From NCBI RefSeq assembly GCF_009914755.1, contig NC_060926.1: a stretch of DNA of 64,000 nt; one strand, given 5' to 3'. Below are positions 26,171 to 42,755 of this stretch, piece by piece; position 1 is the first letter of the stretch; every line of letters begins with the position of its first letter. Made by a program: the position numbers and the translations under genes. This DNA comes from the human T2T-CHM13v2.0 reference genome, Homo sapiens. Below the pieces are notes generated by a model. It was not told the DNA's origin. It saw only the letters and a list, made by a program, of their open reading frames with translations, and made no database searches.

Positions 26171-28056
26171 TGAGAGTCTCTTAAATTTCTTTTTCAATAT
26201 CTTACTTGTTTATGAACTCCCTAATATTGTTAAGGATCTTATTCTTCATTTTTTTGTCCTAATTTTTAATATGTAAGTTTTGTTTATGGCACAGACCAAA
26301 TAATTACTGAACTGAAGTCTGGCTATTTTAGGTGTCTAGACTTAACCTAAGTATGCCTTCCTAAGCATGAAACTTAGCCATAACTGTATGTTCACTGACT
26401 ACCAGACTGGGTCTATCAGGAATGATAGGATTCTCATGGGCCTATTCACATTTTAAAATTTGTTATTTCTTATAGTTACTAGTAGTAAAAAACGTGCATC
26501 TGTACTTTTGCTCCATTCTTTGGCAAATAAATTGTGATATCTCTAGTTGGAAATATTTTTTAAAACATGAGAACTATTTATTAAACCTAATTGCTTCCTC
26601 TTCTCTAATCCTCTAAATTTAAATTTATAAAATTCTTTATATAGGAGACAATTTACTTTCATGTTTTGTTTCAGGAAAATAAATGAAGCTTCCTGAGCTA
26701 TTTTCCAGAGGCCTTATCACTAAACAATGTACTCATTATTTTTAGTTTAAGCATGAACAGATGTGGGTTTTTATTTATTTATTTATTTAAACTAAGACCT
26801 ACCATTATGAGAAGTAATTTAACAGCCATGCTGCTTTAGGACAAAGGATTCAATAAATGTTTATTGCAGTTGTTATATATTGAACGTGTGTCCTAAACTG
26901 TCACTTCTAAATTAACTGTTACTACTACTATTGACCTTTAACACAGTTTCTTAAGTATATAATTTAGAAGGAAAATTATCAACTATAATATAGCCATCAA
27001 AAACAGTTGTTTTAGTTGCTATATTTCCTTGGTATATTACAAGTCCTAATTACATATTCCATATGTTTTGTGAGGGCACACAATGTTAAAATAACTTTTT
27101 TGATTTTTTAGTTTAATAGCTTTAATGCCAAACAGCAAATATATTCAGAGTGAAATTTATCAACTATCATTTAAATGAACAAGAAAGAGTGTGACAAGTA
27201 GATGTACTAAAATTGTTTCTTTTAAATCAGGTAACTGCAGTACAAGTAGAAGTAGACTCTAATTGAAATGCATTTTCATGTATTCGGTTTATTCCAGACA
27301 CAAGCTTTATGCAATTACCTTGTTAGCCCAGAATAGGAAAACATGAGAACGCAATACTTCTACTGACATTTGACAATTTAGATGTTATTGACATATATTG
27401 ATTGATTGATTGCTTAAACTATGCAGATATTAAGATTTTTGGGGAGTAAAACTGTAAATCTGCCTGTGGGTTTTTGTTATATTATGATTTTTTTTGGTAG
27501 AATGTCATGCTTTCTCTTCCTTATAACACTTTCTTGTCTCATTATATCCTGTTATTTCATTTTCCTTGGCTCTCTCTTTTCGCCAATCCAGCTCCCAGTT
27601 TTTTTAGTAATTTAAAATCTTTCTCAGCTTAACAAATTTTCCTCTTCCTTCATTTTACTCTTTGTCTTTCTATTGTCCACATTCACTCTGTTTAACCTGA
27701 CAGTCAATCCCGTAAAAAAGTTGATTTCTGTGATCTGAAATGCTTATCCTGAAACATCGGACAAATAAAAGACAATGCTGAATGTAACATAACATGATCT
27801 TTCCTCAGTTGTAACCACCAACATAAGTATATTTTCTTCTTTATTGCACCCCAGTCTTAAACTTACTTGATATTTTCATTCTGCTCCACTTCTCTAAATA
27901 TTTTAACATTTATACTTATATTTTCCCATTGTTATTAATAATACTTAATAAGTCAAAAATTTTCTTATGTTTGTTCTTCTTTCCAAATATGAATACATTC
28001 TATATGACATTTTCAAGAGCCCTAGTTCTTGACATGCTTAATGGGTTAAAACTTAA

Positions 28057-28455
<399 letters not shown>

Positions 28456-29659
28456 CAGTGCTTGAAATGTTTAACGTTAATGAGTACTATAGCACTATCA
28501 ACATGAAAAAGTTAGCAACTTGTCTGTCAGCCTTTTCAAAAGTATTTCCAGCTTAAAACATAATCTGAAGTATCTGGCATATAAATCGCTTACATTCTTT
28601 CGGTACAGTTTATTATTCTTAAATTGGACAGGATTAGGTAAGATGTTAAAACAGAGAACAATTGATTGTTCTCCAGGATAGTGGAGGATTGGGAATAGCT
28701 GAGAGAGAATATCAAAGGGTGAAGTTGTCACTTGTTGGACGTTAAGTTGAACGCTGAAGAGGCTACTGATTTTCTAATTTTGTTTGGGCATGACAATGGA
28801 AGAAAGAAAACTTTATTGCTCTCAACTTTCCCATGTACCTCCCATGATTTCACTTGGAGAATATCTTGCCTCTTCAACTCTGAATCCATGCCTGCATTTC
28901 CTTGTTTTTCTCATTATCCTACAATGTTGATTTGGTGTTTTCTAACAGGCGATATGGATATTTGAGAAAACATCTTGGCGGAAATGATTATAAACTTACC
29001 TCATGTCCAGCAGAGAAGACTGTTTCTACACACGACCACATCTATACTTAAAGTTTTTTGTTGGAATTAACTGCCGAATTCCAAAAATAGTTTTGGTAGT
29101 ACTCACTTCTTTTTTCTGGGAAATATTGAGTCATATGGTGACTGATTGATTTTTCTTAATTTTTTTTACATATAGAAAAATTCACTCTTAAGATGGAGTG
29201 TTCACCTTGGTTTCAACTTTCCTAAAGTAAAATTTCATAAAGTAAGACTTGATTTTTTTTGCGTTGATGCATCAAGAACATATCTATCAAAATTAATTTG
29301 ATATAATTTTACTCTCCCTTTTTCCCTATACCTGAAACCTCAATGTTCATTTTGTATCCTGGAACAACAACCAACAATAATTTGTGAAAGCAAAACTTGA
29401 CTGAGTTCATTGGGATCATTTTCTGTGGCAATAATCTAACTTTTCTATCATAGTAACAGTAAAAATAAAACATTTTCAAAGTGTTAAATAAATTATTAAT
29501 GATTAAAATGAACAAACAATATTATACACTTCTAATCATAACTGCATAAAAAAATTCTGACAGAATATACAAGAAGCTATTGCGAGTGTTTGTTGCCTGA
29601 GCAGGGGACTTGGAGCCTAGTCTGGGAGGAAAATAAATTGCCTTGTATACTCTTCATTG

Positions 29660-31934
<2,275 letters not shown>

Positions 31935-32055
31935 CTAGAATGTGTACACTACACTACACATACACACACACACAGGCACACACATGTAGAGCTGCATTAT
32001 AGTTCCAATATTTGCTAAAATATTGGTAGTCATTTTGTAAATTAATATGATATCA

Positions 32056-32077
32056 TATATATATATATATATATATA
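32056..32077. repeat. (TA)n microsatellite
   Basis: About 11 TA units. Confidence 0.9.
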
Positions 32078-33739
32078 AAATACTTAAAAGTCTAAATCAT
32101 GGACCTATACCATCATTATTTAGAAAAAACACGCTAACTTTTTTGATGATTGTATAAATGTATTTTTAATATTGATTATACTTCTGACTAGCTATTACTT
32201 TTGCTCATGAGAGACTAGACTCAAAAACAGTTGTCCAGTCCCATGCAGAGATAGTACGTGCCAGAAACATTGTAAGATACCACAAAGACTAATGGAGACT
32301 AAAAGCCTCACTCCTCTGTTGAAGGGATCATCTTGTCCCCTACCTCCTTAAAGATGGGTGAGCTGTGGCCCCTCTGGACAAACAGAGCCAGAGAACACTG
32401 TAAGCCACAGCATGACAACTTCTCTGCTTTCCTAGACCAAACCTACCTAGTTTTTTTTGAAAGAAATAGAAGATAGAGTCACTTTTCAAAGCTATTATGA
32501 CATTAATGCCCTTTGGAGGTGAAATTCCTAGCAGATAATCTAAACAAAATGATCATATTTTAAACTACAAAGAATTAAAACATAGTCTATGTTGGGAAGA
32601 AAATGGGACTCACCAGTGGCACTCTCATAATGTTAATTTGATTGCATGTTGGCCTGCGTACAGCCAGATGTCCTCCTCTGCTATTGAGCACATTGAGAAA
32701 TTAAGATTCCACGCATTTCTCTTATTGCTCCCTTGAAATGAAAACTTCTGTGCCTTTCTCACAGCCATAATCAAAGGCAAAAACTATACATCTATGTTAG
32801 TGCAGTCATCTTTAACAACAAAGATTGAGAGATGACAGTATTACTAATTTAATGATTGGTCTTGTATAAGGATAGCAATGATATTTTATTCCCTAAAATG
32901 TCAGCTGCCCATTGCAAGTGAACCTCTGAAAGTAACAGTTAAATTTTTTGGTAGGCTAACAAGTGCAGATACATACACAGCAAAGGAACAGTGCTCTTGG
33001 TTAATTATCTAGTCAGTAGTTACTTCAATATTCCCTACTAAGAAAGATATGTTTTTTAAAAAGTCAGAAAGAGCTTGAGTGGTCTTGGCTCCAGGAAAGA
33101 GGGTGTTAAAATGTAGAAATTTTGATGTATGTCTAGCAAAATTTTAGTTAAAATTAATTTTAAAAAATTCAGCCAATGGCCTACATAGCCAGCTGTCTGC
33201 AAAAATGCTACTCTGTGAAATTTCAACTTGGTCACTTTAAGTTAAAATAAAACATTTAATATATCAACTTCATGTTTTACTTTTAAAAGTTTTAACTGGA
33301 AGAATTGGACCTTTTGGTTCCAAGCTATTTCCCACCCCTGTAAAGCTGAACAGATTAAGGGCTTTAATCATAAAAATGTGAATTTATTTATAATTAGAGA
33401 AACACTATGTATTCTGATTATCATCATACTTGCTAAAAAAGAACTAATGTAATTATATAATTACAGCTCTTTAATTCTATTAATACAGTGACATATGTTA
33501 ACTTCTATTTAGATGAACTATTTCATTTGCCATAATAACCCCTTTATAATTACTTCAACTGTATTAATTGTGCAATTTACTCTAGACAGAGGAAGATGAG
33601 AGAAAATAGACAAGTTAGCATTGTGAGTATATTTAAAATAGGCAAAGGAGGTATAATTTTCTTACTATAGGAAATGAAAATATGCAACACAGAATATAGC
33701 TATAGAGAATACGAATCAATAAAAACATAAAAATTTGAG

Positions 33740-34095
33740 TACGTGATTTTTCAGAGGAACCTTGAGACACTAGAGCATATCTGGAGGAGAGCCATCAAGA
33801 AGATAAGGGGAAAGTGATGTTGTAAGTAATTTTTAAATATAAATATGTCTAATCTGAAAAATTATGGATTTAGAATATGATTCTGAAATTACATATATAA
33901 ATTAAATGACATATATAAATTAAATGACATATATAAATTACATATGCACACATGTATGTATTTATGTGTATATATATTTTTAATTAAACTTAATATATGT
34001 AGAAATGTCAGAGCAGAGGTCAAAACTAGTACAGAATGATTAAATTTATAGGAAGGCAATTTTTGACTTTTAATAAAGTATATTGTTCTAACAGC
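33740..34095 (+). mobile_element. L3/CR1 3' fragment interrupted by AT-rich tandem repeat
   Basis: ACTAGAGCATATCTGGAGGAGAGCCATCAAGA; GGAAGGCAATTTTTGAC. Confidence 0.55.
33891..33939. repeat. 18-bp tandem repeat, ~2.7 copies
   Basis: ACATATATAAATTAAATG repeated. Confidence 0.85.
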
Positions 34096-34124
34096 TGCTT
34101 TTATTTCTTTGATTTTTTTAATGT

Positions 34125-34779
34125 TTCCCTCTATTGTCCCACTCCTGGTTTAAGTCTCCATTGATTTTGCATTTGGACTAGTATAATAGCCTGCTTACTG
34201 ATATCCATGCTTTAAGTTTCCCAACCTTAATGTTCATCCTTTATTCTGGTGTCACACAGAACTTCCTAAAATATAAAATGAGCACATCCTTTTCCCTTTG
34301 CCAAACTTCAGTTATTATCTTTCACCTAGAGGATAACATCAAAACTCTAAGACATACTGCAGGCCTTCACCATCCTTAAGAAATATATTTCAGGTGTTAT
34401 TTTTCATCCTTCCAATCACTCCACACTTCTTACATGTAAGTTCTAGAAATTTGACTTATTTAGATTATCATGCACACTCACACATCTAAACATGTGCTAT
34501 TTCTCTTATGCTTATTTGGACTACACTTTCTCCTTTATTTTTCAATTACCCAGCAAAAATTGTTTGAAATGTCACTCAAATATTCTTTCTTTTATGTGGT
34601 CTTTTCTAACTTTTCAAAGAGATAGTCTCTCTCTACCTTCTGGAGACTTTATTCCATTGTGACACGTAACATACTATTGTCTAGTTATTTGCTTGTTGGT
34701 TCATCTCTCTAAGGAGACAGAGTGCTTCTGGCAACCAACACACCCAGTATTCATTTTGCTAATTGCAGCATTAATACAG
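34125..34779 (+). mobile_element. L2 LINE fragment; its 3' tip continues after THE1B
   Basis: TTGGACTAGTATAATAGCCTGCTTACTG; AAATGTCAC; ATCTGGAACATAGTTGATGC at 35144-35162. Confidence 0.7.
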
Positions 34780-35136
34780 TGTATTAGTCCATTCTCATGC
34801 TGCTATTAAAGACATACCTGAGACTGGGTAATTTATGAAGGAAAGAGGTTTAATTGATTCACAGTTCTTCATGGCTGGAGAGGCCTCACAATCATGGCTG
34901 AAGGTAAATGAGGATAAAAGTTACATCTTACACGGTGTCAGGCAAGAGAGTGTGTGCAGGGGAACTCCCCTTTATAAAACTATCAGATCTCATGAGACTT
35001 ATTCACTACCCCGAGAATGACATGGGAAAGACCTGCCCCCATGATTCCATAATCTCCACCTGGTGCCGCCCTTGACACTTGGGGATTATTACAATTCAAG
35101 GTGAGATTTGGGTGAGGACACAGCCAAACCATATCA
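34780..35136 (-). mobile_element. THE1B MaLR solo LTR
   Basis: TGTATTAGTCC...CAGCCAAACCATATCA termini; GCAGGGGAACTCCCCTTTATAAAAC. Confidence 0.92.
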
Positions 35137-37984
35137 GAGAGTATCTGGAACATAGTTGATGCCAAATTGATCTTATTTTTTTAAGTGTAGCAAATGGAGG
35201 TACTTACGCAGGAAGTAGATGTTAGCTTCTCAGGGATGCTAAGAGGAATTGTCTATATTGATATGAAGATGGACTTGGAGTCTTCCAAGAACACTAGCAA
35301 AACATTAAGATTTTGTGGTTGCAGAGTATTTTATAAAAAAAGGTCATACACGCACAAACACACACTCAAAAATAACAATAGTAGCAAAAGGGTCTCTTTA
35401 TAGAAAATCATTATAATAAAAATTTTTCTTGAAGTAATTTGTTCCAGAGACACAGCATGTTGGAAATTTCATATACTCTTTGTGCTTAATTGCAAATGGA
35501 AATCATTGAGAAAGAGCAAATAAGCATGATATTATATGAAATATAGATATTCATTGGATATTCTTGACTACCTAGTGTAGTAAAACTGAAAGTTTCAAAA
35601 ATTTGAACAATTTGTTTACCGATGAATGGCACTGCATTTTTGACTCTATTAACGTTCATTGTTAAATAGAAAAAATAACTAGTGTTTAGTGCTTAAGAAA
35701 AAAGGGACTTCTGTAAAAATCTTACAGAGTGAAAAGTGTTTATATCATGCCTTCTGAAACTAGATGTAAAAAAAAGAACTCTCAGAAATGTGTATCAGTC
35801 TGAAATAAAGGGGAAAGATACCACATTATTTGTTGGTTTTGATTGAGATCAGGTGAAAAATATATTTTTAAAGATAAATACTAAGATATAAGCACAACAT
35901 AAAGATAACTGCATAAAATAAGTTTATATATTTAAGACATAAAATTCAAATTTGATTATATTATAGAATAGTATATTAATATGACTAAGTGGTTGTTAAA
36001 CTGTGGTTCTCTGCCAGTCTTCTGTTTTATCCCTATACTTAGAAAAAATAATACGAATTACTTGAATTAAAAGCAACAATAACAAATCAATGTATTTCAA
36101 CTTTTCTTGTGATCTGGAGAAATATTAACCCTGTGCTACATGGTTGAGCATGCTGCTCCAGCAGTCTAAAGTTGTTATTTCCATTGTACAAAATACATTT
36201 TTTTCTCTATCTAAAGAAGAACACATAAACCTTTTTCAGGAGAAGAGATGCACAGATGGAGGTGGACAGCAGCATCTTAACTCTTAAATTAGTTCTTTGC
36301 AGCTTAGTTCCCAGATGTTCGTTTCTTCTGCCCCCTGCTTTCTTGAAGAGAGTTTGCCATTGTCTGTCAATGAGTCATATAGTGTCTTCTCAAATTTGGA
36401 GAAAACACAAAGCTACAGTTGGATATGGTGTTAGTCACTGACAGACAATGGAAAGCTCCAAGATGATACACTCAGAGGTAACTTGCATTGTGAAGAAAAT
36501 TGATCACTTATCTTTTGTCCTGACATCTTCTAAATACTCAGGGTTTTACTATGTTGTCAAAAATTCAGCCACCGAAAACAGGTATTCCACTCAAAATGAA
36601 AAATATTTTTTAAATACAAGTGTTCTTTTTCTTCCTGGAATTTTATTCACCTCCCACACTAGCCTTCATTTTTTACTGTATAGATGGAATGTCTTTTTCT
36701 ATCCTCAAGGTGCATTACATTCATCTGACAAGACATAGAGATGAACAGCTTTTTACTGATTCTGTAGGTTCACAAACGGTGAAATAGGTCCCTCTGACAC
36801 CATTGGGTCATCTGTACTATATTTCCAAGCAGCCTTATCACAAGATGGCATCATGAGAGCTGCACTGTCACCTTATGTCCACCAGAAAAAAACCATGACA
36901 GTCTCCTTTGGAGGCATGCAGTATATTAAAATGCAGATAATTTGAAAATTTCATTTTCCAACAATGAAACATTTAAAAGCAGATACTATATGTATGGCTC
37001 ATGCTATATCAATGTATACAAGGGGAACAACTAAATAATGTAATGTTATGATAGAGTTTATCATAAAGCAAAAATGTTCAAACATACAATTCATTTAGCC
37101 TAAAGAAATGACTGTACTTTACACTGAATATATTTAGATTTTTTAAAATGCACACAAAATTGCTGAAGTTCTAGCCTGTTTAAAAAAATTGGGGGTAATG
37201 GGACTACCACAAGAAAATATAATAGCTAATTTTTAGATATTTTAAAAGTCAGTCATAAAATAAAGGTTAAAATGCTTAGTGTCACTTAGAGGGAAAAGCT
37301 AAAACTATTGCGTGTCATTCACAGGAAGACAAACTTCAACACAATATAAATATATATTTTTTCTTATGAAAGAGCATGATGCCACACAGAGTAAGATCTT
37401 CCTGACATTGGCTAAAGAATTAGTTGCCCAACTATCTTAAATGCTTTGAGAGATTACTGAAATATAAACTCCTTAAGGGCAGAGACATTTGTATTTTGTT
37501 TTGCTTACTGCTGTCTTACTCTCTGTCCCTAGAACAATATCTGCCTGATGGTGGCACTTAATGTGTCTCATAATGAATCAAAAGAATTGAAGACTTTTAA
37601 GGTTTTAACATAAAATCTGTCATTTTGTCCTGAGAAATCACCTTTATATTCAGTGTCTTTGCTTATAACCATAGACTATACAAGAAAGCTAAAATAATTT
37701 TGATAGTAATTTAAAACCAAAAGATTTTTAAGGTAGCCAATATAAATTCATGAGAAACTTTGTTTAAATAGTGTCCAAAGTTGCCCTTAATTTTCTTTCA
37801 TTTTATTTTTGTTCATATATTAATAGCTAAACATGAATTTTAAGTGAAATTCAGGGTAGAGGCACTAATCGTGGATGATCACTAATTCTGCATCTTGATT
37901 TTGATGTACCATATGCAAACTGAATATATATCTAGAAAATTTTTCACAAAATTTTTTTTCTATCAGATTGGCACTGTAGAAATA

Positions 37985-38455
37985 GTATTAGCTGTCTATT
38001 GCTGTGTGTCAAATTGATGCATAATTCAGCAAGAAGACAAAAACTGTACAATATCTCACACAATTTTGGAGAGTCTGGAATCCAGGAGCAGCTTTAATGG
38101 GTAATTCTAGCACACAAGGTTGCAGTCAAGCTGTTAATCAGGACTACAGTCATCTCAAGGCTTAACTGGGGCTAGAGAATTTGTTTTTAAGCTCACTCAT
38201 GTTGTTGTTGGCAGGCCTCAGTTTCTGAGTTCTGTGCTGCCTGTTGGCCAGAGGTTGCAGTTCCTCACTACACGGGCTTCTCACAATGTAAGAGATGGAG
38301 TGAGCCCAAGATGGTTGCAATTTTATAACCTAATCCCTGAACATCATTACATATAGCGTGTTATTAGTCACACAAATTATCCCTCGTACAGTATGGGAGT
38401 CTGAATACCAGGATGTAGAGGCCATTGAGGATCATCTTGGAGACTGATCATTGCA
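37985..38455 (-). mobile_element. MLT1 (F/G/H-type) MaLR LTR
   Basis: GTATTAGCTGTCTATTGCTGTG start; GGTTGCAGTCAAGCTGTT; GGCAGGCCTCAGTT. Confidence 0.75.
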
Positions 38456-40914
38456 GAAATAATTTGATCTATAATTTGTTAGTTACTTCTAAACACAATG
38501 CTTAATTACACATACAAATTAAAGACAACAATTTGGAAACCATGATGGGGAAAAGAAGGCCAAGAATTTTCTCATTTAGCTGTCTAAATAGATCAAATCC
38601 TGGAGCTCAGGTTTATCTGATTTGGTTAAAATTCATTTTAGTCAAAAGTTATTTGCTTTTTTAATAAATAGAGAGGTATAAAAGAGATAGTCATTTTATT
38701 TCATGTTGTGATGTTACATTCTTTGAAAGAAATAAAGATTGAAATGATTACTACAACAGTCAAGGGTGTCAAAACAACATCTTTCAAGACCTGTCTTGTA
38801 TCCTCATCGAAAGGTCTGAGTAGTTGAAATAACTGGAGGACTAATTCTAGAGCTTTTTCTCCTGTAAGGAATACAGGTAGTATTAAAATATCACCTTCAT
38901 GGTTATTAATATAGTCAAGCTGACAAGAGTGTTATTTTAGCATGGGTCAGAGGCAAAGTTTGCTTCAGTTTCTATTCACATGCAACAATTCTTTGGCAAT
39001 TTTTCTAGAAACGCATATTATCCTCAAATATAATATCCTTGGAAATAACAGCCACAGAACAAAATGCTGGATTATAAAACATTTTGAGCTCTGGTGGGAA
39101 CAAAATTTGCAAGGAAAGTACAAAGTGTTATTAACAGCAGATTCATGATTCATTCCAATTCCCTCCGGGAATCCTTTCCTCTACCCCAAGAGAAGAAATT
39201 TCCAATGAAGAAAAGGCAGAGGACCCAGCTGTTACATCTAGACTATGTCCCGGGGATTAAATCTCTTCTGGGCTCCAAGGAGCACAGGGATCCTCTCTCT
39301 GCCAGGATTCTTAGTTTTCAACAACAAAAAATTGTCTCTGAAATATTTAAGTGGAAAAAGGCATTTGCTAAACATAAAAAAAAAAAAAAACTGGGCAGCT
39401 CAGAAAATTCTTAGGAGGTCTGGCGTATTGGGCTTGAAGATAGGCAGCCAACCATACCAACTACATAAAGAAGAGAGAAATAAGGAAACATGGCTTCCAA
39501 AATTAATAATAATTTTTTTCAACGTTTGGCATATAGTCATATGTCATAGCTAAAGACCATGTTCTAATACATGTAAACAGAGAAATTATCTGTACATTGA
39601 TTCTTCAACATGCACTCAACAGATACACATTAAACTATGGGCCAGGTATTAGAAATAGAGTTGTTAGAGAAATTCAAAGTTCTTACCCACATGGAGTTTA
39701 TATTCTAATGACTTTAATCAGTTAACATCTTACTTACACTGCTTTTTTCAACTAAAATTTCAACTACATTCACCTCATTAAGTTTACTGTGCCCCTACTA
39801 TACGTTATATTCCAGCCTCTATGGGGTTGCTGAAAATTGTGGAAGCCAGATCCTTATCTGGACTTCATCAATATAATCCCATAATATCAGACAGTATAAG
39901 AATAACAGGATCCTATGTAAGTATTAAAAAATTTGACAATAAAATGATACGCAAAACGTTAATTTCAGGATTTGCTAAAAGTCATTTTATGGTATAAAAA
40001 GCAGCTAATCCAAATCTTATTTTTGGCCTTTACATGGAAAAAGTTTCTGTAATTGGAAAAGTCAGTCTTTGTGGATATATTACACATAGCCAATAGTTCA
40101 ATAAGTCTCACTTTTCTATAAACTAATGAAATGTTCTATATGAAGGATAGTACAATCTGTATAATTTTAGTAGATCCTTTGTAGATTATATAATCAGTTT
40201 CACACATGTTAGAGGGAGGCATGATTCTTTTCTTTAATCCTTTATTTACTTGAAATTGAATTAAAGTCGGTTGGAATCAGCTGATGAAAGCTCTTTTGGA
40301 AAGTTGGAAGCTGAGGAACAGAATGTTATGAGGGCTCTTAGGTTGGGAGGGAAATTCATTACATTTGACTCATGATTTTCTTATAGTAAACTAAAACAGG
40401 ATGTTATTTCCCACAATGTATCATCTATTTTTGAAGGATAATTGTTTAGCAGCTCACCAAATTCTGGGACATATGGATGGCTTAGAAAGTTGAGGGAGAG
40501 ATAAGTTACTTTAACGCTGAAAAATGCGAGATGTCACAATTTTTTAAAATGTATCAATCTAACCTAGGATAATTAAAAAGCCATTTTGTAAAGCAAGAAA
40601 TTTATCCATCTAACAGCTATATCATGGGAGAAGAAAATTTAGAAACACTCCAAAATTGAGTGATACGCATAAACAATTTTCCATATAATCCCACCACAAC
40701 ATCTTCTCACCCTCTCTTATCTCTGCCTTCCTTCTTGTTTCTGGGAGAAAAAAAGTTGGTGATCTTAGCAAAATTCAGCCTCTTGTGCATCATACATAAT
40801 TCCCTTTCATCTACTTAAGGGTATATTTCTAGTATTTTTTTCTAATTGATTCTTGTGTTATCATATGACATGCCTTAATCTCTCCAATAATAATAGTATC
40901 ACACACTTTCTTGA

Positions 40915-41464
<550 letters not shown>

Positions 41465-42217
41465 TAGATGAAGTTTATTTCTTTGAAATGCCATATACTC
41501 TGCTGATCCCCTTCCTTCCTTTATTGCTCAGTTATTTCCCTAAAGTTTCAATGGTAGCCAGACCTTGGACATCTTTTCTTTCTCATTTTGCTCACTTCTT
41601 AGGGGCTTTCGTACAATCTTTTGGCTTTAAAGCCATCTATTTGTTGATGACTCCCCAAATTCTATCTCTAGTCTAAACATCTTCCCTGAATTTCAGAGTT
41701 CTAGCTATTTGTCTACTTCACAGTCTTGGATGTCTTTTGTTTGTTCTGTGTCTATTAAAGACATAAGAGACTTAACAAGTTCAAAAGCCACTCCAAGCCT
41801 TTTCTTCTAAGCTTTCTCCCATGTTTTTTCCTGACCTCAGGTATGGCAAGTCCATCCTTCTTAGGCCAAAACTTTGGGGCTATCATTCAGTTCTTCTTGC
41901 CACATACATTTGATGCAGTAGCAAACCGTGTTCCCTCTACCTTCCAAATATATTCAGGATCTGACTATTTCCCACCACATCCATTGCTACCACCCTTCCC
42001 CACGCCACTACCTCTCCCACTTGAGTTGTTACTAGAGTCCAAAAGTTGACTTGATCCTTATGCCCTTGTCACCCCCCACTTACAATTTATTTTCCACACA
42101 TCAGATAGAGCTATCCTTTTAAAACATAAATAGGATCATGCTACTTCTTTGATAAAAACATTGCCTCTTACTCAGATAGAAGACTAGGTCATTGTAATAG
42201 CCAGCAAGTTCCCAATT

Positions 42218-42755
42218 TCAGTGCTTCTTGACATAAGCAAATTAAAATCACCTGGGCAGCTTTTGAAAGACACCAATATCAGGGTCTCTTACTCAGAGAT
42301 TTTAATTTAACAATTCTTGTATGGGATCTGGACAATGATATTTTTAAAATGTTTTGTTAGGTAACTGTATTAGTCTGTTTTCATGGTGCTGATAAAGACA
42401 TATCTGAGACTGGGAAGAAAAAGAGTTTTAATTTGACTTACAGTTCCACATGGCTGGGGAGGCCTCAGAATCATGGCAGGAGGAAAAAGTACTTCTTACA
42501 CGGCGGCAGCAAGAGAAAATGAGAAAGAAGCAAAAGTGGAAATCCTTGATAAGCCCATCAGATCTCGTGAGACTTATTCGCTATCACGAGACTAGCACGG
42601 GAAAGACCAGCACCCAGGATACAATTACCTCCCCCTGGGTCCCTCCCACAACATGTGGGAATTCTGGGAGATATAATTCAAGTTGAGTTTTAGGTAGGGA
42701 CACAGCCAAACCATATCAGTAACTATCAAGTGCAGCTTGGATTGAGAACAATTGT
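42218..42755. mobile_element. MER5-like DNA transposon split by THE1A
   Basis: AATCACCTGGGCAGCTTTTGAAA...CTCAGAGATT before THE1A; GTGCAGCTTGGATTGAGAACAATTG after it. Confidence 0.65.
42366..42718 (-). mobile_element. THE1A MaLR solo LTR
   Basis: TG...CA termini; perfect 5-bp TSD GTAAC; AGAAGCAAAAGTGGAAA diagnostic. Confidence 0.92.

Noticed and set aside
28990-29005. Strong minus-strand donor GAG|GTAAGT, plus isolated donors near 3517, 9768, 11895, 13314 and 32612
   Set aside because: No convincing paired acceptor; several such motifs are expected by chance in 64 kb
39094-39553. Overlapping 106- and 102-aa ORFs in unique DNA
   Set aside because: No recognisable domain; Lys run derives from an A tract; no convincing splice or promoter context
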